Shown: piece after piece, positions 16,482 to 22,261 of the stretch | Numbering within the stretch: the stretch's first letter is position 1 | Layout of the letters: every line of letters starts with the position of its first letter | Assembly: GCA_046318155.1 (NCBI GenBank) | Contig: JBKCUU010000125.1 | Span: 1-22,261, forward strand | DNA: 22,261 nt | Origin: Bdellovibrio sp. | Lineage (GTDB): Bacteria; Bdellovibrionota; Bdellovibrionia; Bdellovibrionales; Bdellovibrionaceae | Reading direction: 5' to 3' | Notes under the pieces: generated by a model | What the model was told of the DNA's origin: nothing | Seen by the model: only the letters and a program-made list of their open reading frames with translations | Database searches by the model: none | Translations under genes and position numbers: made by a program

Positions 16482-16781
16482 CTACGCCGCTTTCGCGGAA
16501 GAAGGGTTCAAAATGCCGCGTGACTGAAAAGTTGCGAAGCAATCAGCCCAGAACTTCTCTTTCAATTTGGTTTCATTAGGAGAGAATTTCACTTTTGGAA
16601 AATCCTTCTTCTCGGCATGAGCACAAAAGTCAGCCTCTTGGCCTGAGCGCAGAACTTTCAGCATCAGCGAGAAGTGAACGTCGGTCATCGGCTTTCCGTC
16701 GACAAACATCTTGCGAAGACCTTGCTCGGGGGTTTGAGTCAGAAACTGATAAAGACCTGGTAAATCGTAGGGACTACTCAT
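16482..16781 (-). CDS. Hypothetical protein (99 aa)
   Basis: Clean ORF from MSSPYDLPGLYQFL, with GAAAGGTGG RBS upstream and protein-like composition. Family not assignable. Confidence 0.75.
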   Translation of the reverse strand: MSSPYDLPGLYQFLTQTPEQGLRKMFVDGKPMTDVHFSLMLKVLRSGQEADFCAHAEKKDFPKVKFSPNETKLKEKFWADCFATFQSRGILNPSSAKAA

Positions 16782-16866
16782 GTGGCGGACCACCTTTCTG
16801 ACACAATAATCGGCAAATCTCAGAAGTTAGTTGACGGGACTTGAGGTTAGAAAAAAAATAGAAAGG

Positions 16867-18516
16867 ATGGCCTTCTTGCGAACTTACCAAAACAAGACGT
16901 TCGACCCGCATGAGTTTCATGCGGTCAAGTCAACCTTGCGCGAGTCCATCAAACAGGTCTGCGACCAACATCACCACCGCCCGTTCTTAAGTTTTTATGC
17001 CGCGGGTTCAGACCGACCACTCCGGTGGACCTACGCCGACTTTTTTTCACGTGTCGGGGGCCTGCAAAGCAAGTTGGATAACGAAAACATTCCCGCGACT
17101 CAGTTGTTGGTAACGGTTGGCCCCAATACACCCGAGCACTTGGTGATTTTGCTGGGCGCCTATTTGCGAGGTCACCCGATCGCGATGCTAGATCCGGAGG
17201 ACCCGACCTGGATGACCGAACAAAAGCTCCAGCAGCTGAATCAGCCACACGCTGTCTTTACATCCAAACAAGACCTCACCCAAAAAGGTCATTTCGATTT
17301 TACGACCATTCAAGATTTACCGCCCGCCAATCCCCGATTTAGCGTGCACACCCGACCCAACCAGGCGGTGCAAGTTTTTACCAGCGGCTCGACGGGGTCT
17401 TCCGAAATCGCCCTGCTCCGAGAAGAAGGACTTCTAGCCAACGCTGAAGCCTTGATTCACTTGCATGATCTCAAGCCTGGTCGCCGCGTACTGACGCCGC
17501 TCCCGGTGTTTCGCATGAACTGCTTCTCATTCAGTTTTTTAGCGAACCTGCTCGCCGGCGGTGAACTGATCTTGACCGAACACTTTGATCTCGGGCAGTT
17601 CCTCAAGATTTTAGAAATAGAGTCTGTCCACATCGCATCGGTCGCGCCCCACATCTTAGTGCAACTCGAGCAACGGAAAGAGCATCTGCCGCCCAACTCC
17701 GCGCTGGATTATTTTTTAACGGCCGCAGCTCCCTTAAGTCCCGATTTGGCCAAACGCTTGGTTTTTAATTTTCCATACCGCGTGATCCAAGGATATGGCC
17801 TCTCGCAAGCCGTCAACTTTTCACTCACGATGCCGCCCAAGCTATCGCAAAAAGAGTATCAACATTGGATGACCGCCTTTGCCCGGCCCAGCCTCGGAAC
17901 TCCCGTTGATTTCAACAGCGTTCAAGTCTGGGGCCCCTCTGGTGAAGTCAAAAGCGCCGGCGAAGTGGGTGAACTCGTTATACGTGGCTGGAAGATCATG
18001 GACGGTTACTTAGGCGACTCCGAACAAGCCTGCTTTCAGGGCGAAGCCCTGCACACCGGAGATCTCGGATTTTTTCAAACGGACGCGCTGGGCCGGCCCT
18101 TCTTTTTTATCACGGGCCGAAGCAAAGAAGTGATCAAACGTATGGGAGAAACGGTCTCACTCGTCGAGATCGATAACTGCTTGATGACGCTGGGGCTTGC
18201 CTTTGAAGCTGCGATCGCAGTCCCATTTGCCAACAAATCGGCTGGGGAAGAGATCGCGATCGTGATCCAATTAAAAGACTCGCAAAAAGTCGACACGTCG
18301 AACTTGGTCGAGAGCCTCAAGTCAAAGCTGGCTGAAAAATCCTGGCCCCGCGTCATCGCATTTACCCAAGACCCTGTGCGAACGTCGAGTGGTAAAGCGA
18401 GCCGGTGGAAATTTAGGGACTCTTTTGCTCAGTATCATTCGAAAATTCTGGGAAAAATTCCGATTCTTCATAAGGGTGATTTAAAAGCCCATCCCGGAGA
18501 GGACGACCCCTCTTGA
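16867..18516 (+). CDS. Class I adenylate-forming (AMP-binding, acyl-CoA ligase-like) enzyme with several non-canonical motif residues
   Basis: FTSGSTG, QGYGLS, GELVIRG, HTGDLG, ITGRSKEVIKRMGE, RTSSGK. Start is ATG 16867 or TTG 16831. Confidence 0.88.
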   Translation: MAFLRTYQNKTFDPHEFHAVKSTLRESIKQVCDQHHHRPFLSFYAAGSDRPLRWTYADFFSRVGGLQSKLDNENIPATQLLVTVGPNTPEHLVILLGAYLRGHPIAMLDPEDPTWMTEQKLQQLNQPHAVFTSKQDLTQKGHFDFTTIQDLPPANPRFSVHTRPNQAVQVFTSGSTGSSEIALLREEGLLANAEALIHLHDLKPGRRVLTPLPVFRMNCFSFSFLANLLAGGELILTEHFDLGQFLKILEIESVHIASVAPHILVQLEQRKEHLPPNSALDYFLTAAAPLSPDLAKRLVFNFPYRVIQGYGLSQAVNFSLTMPPKLSQKEYQHWMTAFARPSLGTPVDFNSVQVWGPSGEVKSAGEVGELVIRGWKIMDGYLGDSEQACFQGEALHTGDLGFFQTDALGRPFFFITGRSKEVIKRMGETVSLVEIDNCLMTLGLAFEAAIAVPFANKSAGEEIAIVIQLKDSQKVDTSNLVESLKSKLAEKSWPRVIAFTQDPVRTSSGKASRWKFRDSFAQYHSKILGKIPILHKGDLKAHPGEDDPS

Positions 18517-19178
18517 AAGCCGACTTTAAATCCATCTCGTCCGGGATTATGTTTGATCAGTCAATGTGCATGTACCCCTCGCGTTTAGTGGGCCGTGTGG
18601 GCGGCGAACAAACTTTTGCTTAGAACTTCACGCACACGTTTGGCTTTGTCCATTCTGGAAAAGTGAAAACCACTTATGGTGCAGGCATCGAGATCTCTCT
18701 CGTTGCAGGCATGCACCTCTCAGTTGCGGGTGCTTTTAAGATTTCTGGAGACGGCCAAGCCGCTCTCTTTCAACGCATCGGCTTTCGAGGTCTGAGTCAA
18801 TTTGGTGGGCCCGTCGAAAAAACCGGACGCTTGGGCTACATTGACAACTGCATGAACTCAATCTTAGTCTCTCCGGCCCGAGTCGGTGATGCCTGCCTGA
18901 ACTTACTTTCATTCCCTCCCGCCATTAAACAAACCTTGCACGTGCATCCGAGCATTCGGCTTGGGACTATCGTTGCGGGAGAAGGCGTTTGCGTTTCTCC
19001 CGGGCGAAAAGATATCCCCTTGCAGGCCGGAAAAGTTTTCATTTTAGAAGAAGCCTACCCGCACTGCTTTCACTCCTCTTCTGACGGCATGCTGATCATC
19101 GCTTACCATCCCGATTCTGACGTTGGGCCTTCTGATCAAATCAACCCCATGCTGAGCCGAACTTACCGCGAGTTTTAA
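18513..19178 (+). pseudogene. Cupin-domain protein interrupted by an in-frame TAG at 18621-18623 (221 codons if read through)
   Basis: TTG 18513 overlaps the ligase stop (TTGA), follows GGAGAGGA, and is in frame with the 18663-19178 ORF. The only interruption is TAG at codon 37. Cupin motifs QTLHVHPSIRLGTIVAGEG and YPHCFHS. Confidence 0.7.
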
Positions 19179-19281
19179 GCCGCACAGGAATTTGCCATCC
19201 CTGCCACTCTTCCCAGTTGGCTCTCGAGCCAAGTCCGAAACACCGAGAAGCGCGTGATGGCCTTTGTCTTTGCACCCTTGT

Positions 19282-19761
19282 TTATCCTTGTCGCTGCTCC
19301 CAGGTGGTGGTGCACACCAACACGGGTCTGGTTTTCTTACGCTCGACAAAGCTGTCGGAAATCAAGTCCCCAAAGGTTGTCTGCAACCAATCGGCTAATT
19401 TTTTTTCATCTTTGTACGGAGACAAGATCAGGCGCGCGTCACCCAGTAAAGAGTGCTGCATCCACCGCTCAAGAATCTCGCGCATTTGATCCCCGCCAAA
19501 TCCCGCCATCACAACGCTGCCTTCGATTTTAAAATTGGCCAAATCTTGCCCGCGCAGCTGGTGATAAGCGGCATTGCCATAGTGAAACCCCAAACGCCGC
19601 TTCAGTTTTTGAATCACAGGGTCGGCGGGATCGACAAAATGCACGAACGGAAAACCTTGAATCAAGGCTTGCTCACCAAGATAGCCATGATCACAGCCCA
19701 CATCCCAAAGGGTCCGTAACGGATCCGCCTTAGACAAGAGGTAATTCAGGCGCGGAGTCAT
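19282..19761 (-). CDS. trmK: TrmK-like tRNA (adenine22-N1) methyltransferase, short form (159 aa)
   Basis: MTPRL...LWDVGCDHGYLG SAM-binding motif, VVMAGFGG, LILSP. Starts 7 nt after the folE stop. Confidence 0.75.
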   Translation of the reverse strand: MTPRLNYLLSKADPLRTLWDVGCDHGYLGEQALIQGFPFVHFVDPADPVIQKLKRRLGFHYGNAAYHQLRGQDLANFKIEGSVVMAGFGGDQMREILERWMQHSLLGDARLILSPYKDEKKLADWLQTTFGDLISDSFVERKKTRPVLVCTTTWEQRQG

Positions 19762-19768
19762 CTTGAGT

Positions 19769-20482
19769 TCAGTATTTCAGTTTCGTTTGGCAGTGCTGCA
19801 AAAACTCGGAGCGGGTCTCGCCGCGAGATTTAAAGTGGCCGCGCAAATCAGACGTGCTGGTCGAACTGTGATGATCTTCGATCCCGCGAGCAATCACGCA
19901 ATAGTGGCGGGCGTTAACATGCACAGCAACGTGTTCGGTGCCTAAAACATACTGAAGGCAATCGGCGATTTGCTTGGTCAGACGCTCTTGCACTTGCGGT
20001 CGGCGCGAGAAAAAGCGCACGATCCGGTTGATTTTTGATAGACCAATCACCTTCTTATTGGGAATGTAAGCAACCGTCGCCAGACCGTCGATGGTTTGAA
20101 AGTGATGCTCGCACACACTGATGACCTGAATATCTTGAACAACGACCATTTGATCGTAGTCCATTTCATTTTCGATCAGTGTCATTTTAGGAAAGGTCTC
20201 GTTTTTGAGGCCGCTAAAGATTTCGTCGACGTACATCTTTGCAATTCGGCGAGGCGTCTCGCGAAGGCTGTCATTTTCAAGATCAAGACCCAAGACGTCC
20301 ATGATTTCTTTAAACTTACCGGCAATCATGTCGACTTTTTGCTCGTCGGAGAATTTGTTACTTCGCATCGGCGTGGGACGCACGCGTGCCAAAATATTCT
20401 CGGTCGATTGAGATTGAGATTGAAACTGCAGCTGAGCCTTGGTTCTGGTTTTGGTCTTTGATGTCTTGCTCAATTTTGCCAT
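19769..20482 (-). CDS. folE: GTP cyclohydrolase I
   Basis: [55 protein letters not shown]. Confidence 0.97.
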   Translation of the reverse strand: MAKLSKTSKTKTRTKAQLQFQSQSQSTENILARVRPTPMRSNKFSDEQKVDMIAGKFKEIMDVLGLDLENDSLRETPRRIAKMYVDEIFSGLKNETFPKMTLIENEMDYDQMVVVQDIQVISVCEHHFQTIDGLATVAYIPNKKVIGLSKINRIVRFFSRRPQVQERLTKQIADCLQYVLGTEHVAVHVNARHYCVIARGIEDHHSSTSTSDLRGHFKSRGETRSEFLQHCQTKLKY

Positions 20483-20562
20483 TCAGGCTCCTCAGTCATC
20501 CATGTCTACCCCGAAACAAGGGCTCTGTGAAACAAAAAGCCCCAAAAGTCTGCCACGGCTTT

Positions 20563-22014
20563 CTACCCGCGAACGAGGCTGGCCGCGCGGGCTCCACTGA
20601 GCAGGGCGCCGCCGGCCGTTCCCATGTTGTCCTGTAGGCAATGATCCCCAGCCCAAATCCAACCGGCCTGAGGCTTTTCAAACACTTTTTCATGTTGCTC
20701 AAGCCCGGGAAAGCTGCGCGATCCCAAGCTCCAGGGGTGGCGAGCCCAATCATGTAAGTGTGTTTCGACAAGTGGAAGATCCGGTCGCTTCTCTATCGCC
20801 TGCGCCTCGTCGATCCAATTTTTCACCAGGTGAGGTCCCGCCTTGTCAGCAGCTATGCCTGACCAGGTCACTGAAAGCAGTCCCCAAGAGTTCTCGATAA
20901 AATCCTGCGAGCGGTAGGTGGACTCCCACACCAAAGGTGAGGCGAGCACGCGGCCCTGATCCCATTTTTTTCGCCAGAAACGCTCGCGAAAACTCAACAC
21001 CGCTTTTGCTTGGCCCGACAATTGAGGCGCCAAAATCTGGGCGCTGCCCTCAAACTTTTCAAAACCTTCGATGTATTTAAGAACTGACCACGGCAAAGTA
21101 CAAATCACCTGCCCCGCTTTGTAGCGACGGCGTCCTTCCGGCGTCTCAAACGTGAGCTCAAACCCTTCAGTTAATTTTTCAACCTTTGTCAGCCGGTGAC
21201 TCATCAACAAGCGATCGCCCGGAATAGCGCCCATCACACGGTCAAGTAGCGCATCGGCTAGAGACGAACTCCCGCCGCGAAACTTAAATCGTCCCGAGGA
21301 CCAAAGATCCGCCGGGTTTTCAGAGAACAAAAAAGGATTCGCGAAGGCCCAGGCATGAATCTGCTCGGGCGAAGCACCAAAGTGCAAAGCGCACCAAGCC
21401 TGGACCAAATCCATCCAAGCCGGATCACGCGATTGCAGCTGTGCCCACTCCTGCACCGCTCGTGGCTTTTCGCCCATGAAGTTGTCTTTCCACACTTGGC
21501 GCTGCAGAGCCCACTTGCTGCGCTCACCCACAAGACCTTCGCGGCGTCGGCCCAGGTCTCGCAAATGGCGCAAATCTTTTTCGGGCAGTTTTGTGAGAAC
21601 GCCCCCACCCGTTTGGAGAAACAAATTTTGGCGTTGATTTTTAACTTCGATAATTTCGAGCTTCAGTTCTTTGGCCAAGTCCCAAAAAAAAGTTTGGTCT
21701 TGCGAGAACCATTCAAATCCAATTTCACCGGACTGCGAGGCGGGCGTTAAGGATTGCAAAGTCCAGGCACGTCCGCCGACCCGGGCACTGCCTTCAAAAA
21801 GCCGGTAAGACTTCCCGCGCTTGCGAAGCTCATAGGCCGCGCAAAGTCCGGCATAGCCACCGCCCAAAATAACTGTGCGGTCGGACAGATCACCCGATTG
21901 CCCCATGAACAGGCGATCCAAAGCGGCACAACCAGGTAACGCGGCTCCGGCACTGGCGAGCGCTGCGGTTTTTAAAAACTGTCGTCGGGGAAGAAAAGTC
22001 TTCGTGGCACTCAT
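20563..22014 (-). CDS. Flavin-containing amine oxidase family protein with Tat lipoprotein signal (483 aa)
   Basis: RRQFLKTAALASAGAALPGC twin-arginine signal plus lipobox, GGGYAGL FAD motif, RVGGR, HDWARHPWSLGS, AGDHC...GALLSGARAA. Start set at ATG 22014. Confidence 0.88.
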   Translation of the reverse strand: MSATKTFLPRRQFLKTAALASAGAALPGCAALDRLFMGQSGDLSDRTVILGGGYAGLCAAYELRKRGKSYRLFEGSARVGGRAWTLQSLTPASQSGEIGFEWFSQDQTFFWDLAKELKLEIIEVKNQRQNLFLQTGGGVLTKLPEKDLRHLRDLGRRREGLVGERSKWALQRQVWKDNFMGEKPRAVQEWAQLQSRDPAWMDLVQAWCALHFGASPEQIHAWAFANPFLFSENPADLWSSGRFKFRGGSSSLADALLDRVMGAIPGDRLLMSHRLTKVEKLTEGFELTFETPEGRRRYKAGQVICTLPWSVLKYIEGFEKFEGSAQILAPQLSGQAKAVLSFRERFWRKKWDQGRVLASPLVWESTYRSQDFIENSWGLLSVTWSGIAADKAGPHLVKNWIDEAQAIEKRPDLPLVETHLHDWARHPWSLGSRSFPGLEQHEKVFEKPQAGWIWAGDHCLQDNMGTAGGALLSGARAASLVRG

Positions 22015-22039
22015 TCGCAGATCAGTGTAAGAAGAGGCC

Positions 22040-22261
22040 ATGGGCTTGTCACTCATCGATGACCTGGTCGAAAAATCTTGGACGGTGCAGAATGACTGGG
22101 CCACCCCCAGTGAGTGGTCAGCTTTGCGCCAAGAAGCCGAAGCTCAAGATCAAAGATTTCGTCCGGCTGGAATCGGTGGGGACAAAGAGTATCTACCCAC
22201 GGTCCGGAGCGACCGCATTTTTGGCTAGGTGAACAAGACACTTGCTGGCCCTTGGTCAAAA
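22040..22261 (+). pseudogene. 5' part of a 2OG-Fe(II) oxygenase (EGLN/SM-20 prolyl-hydroxylase-like) with an apparent 1-nt frameshift; runs off the right edge
   Basis: IDDLVEKSWTVQNDW...FRPAGIG...VRSDRIF then stop. Adding one T to the T5 run (22218-22222) gives DRIFWLGEQDTCWPLVK, restoring the family R-x-D-x-I-x-W-L motif. Confidence 0.65.

Noticed and set aside
16851..16858. A8 tract as a phase-variation switch for the ligase operon
   Set aside because: Short A run in an AT-rich promoter region, with no evidence of length variation from one sequence.
18621..18623. Genome-wide TAG reassignment
   Set aside because: pepN, ahpD and a permease end at TAG at their expected lengths.
19282..20482. 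folE plus methyltransferase as a 7-deazaguanine DNA-modification cluster
   Set aside because: No queC, queD, queE or dpdA in the window; both look like housekeeping genes.
22015..22104. N-terminal extension of the amine oxidase ORF
   Set aside because: It would overlap the divergent oxygenase gene and place the Tat motif far from the N-terminus.

Overview
A ~50% GC bacterial chromosomal window. Its gene content suggests Bdellovibrionota, which is inferred from family recognition only. Left to right: the 3' end of a PhoD-like phosphatase; a small Cys-rich lipoprotein; an XRE regulator; a five-gene LolCDE/LolA-like envelope transport operon ending in an outer-membrane beta-barrel. Directly upstream of that operon is a lipoprotein with a candidate sigma-54 promoter, whose C-terminal ~195 aa resemble the FrpC self-processing module but have Ser-Pro in place of the scissile Asp-Pro. 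Then come arginase, an Irr/PerR-like Fur regulator with ahpC-ahpD, ilvE, a stand-alone HNH endonuclease, a VOC protein, pepN, a small hypothetical protein, an adenylate-forming enzyme plus cupin pair (the cupin has an in-frame TAG), trmK-like, folE, a Tat-exported flavin amine oxidase, and the 5' end of a 2OG-Fe(II) oxygenase with an apparent frameshift in a T run. Most notable: (1) a candidate dedicated export pathway with an SPM-like lipoprotein cargo; (2) an HNH gene whose Shine-Dalgarno is locked in a perfect hairpin, with a sigma-54-like promoter placed to start transcription in the hairpin loop; (3) a possibly decaying or recoded ligase-cupin operon; (4) repeated leaderless-type promoter geometry; (5) a possible structured RNA after pepN. 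No rRNA, tRNA, CRISPR array or transposase was seen. All calls are by eye, without database searches.
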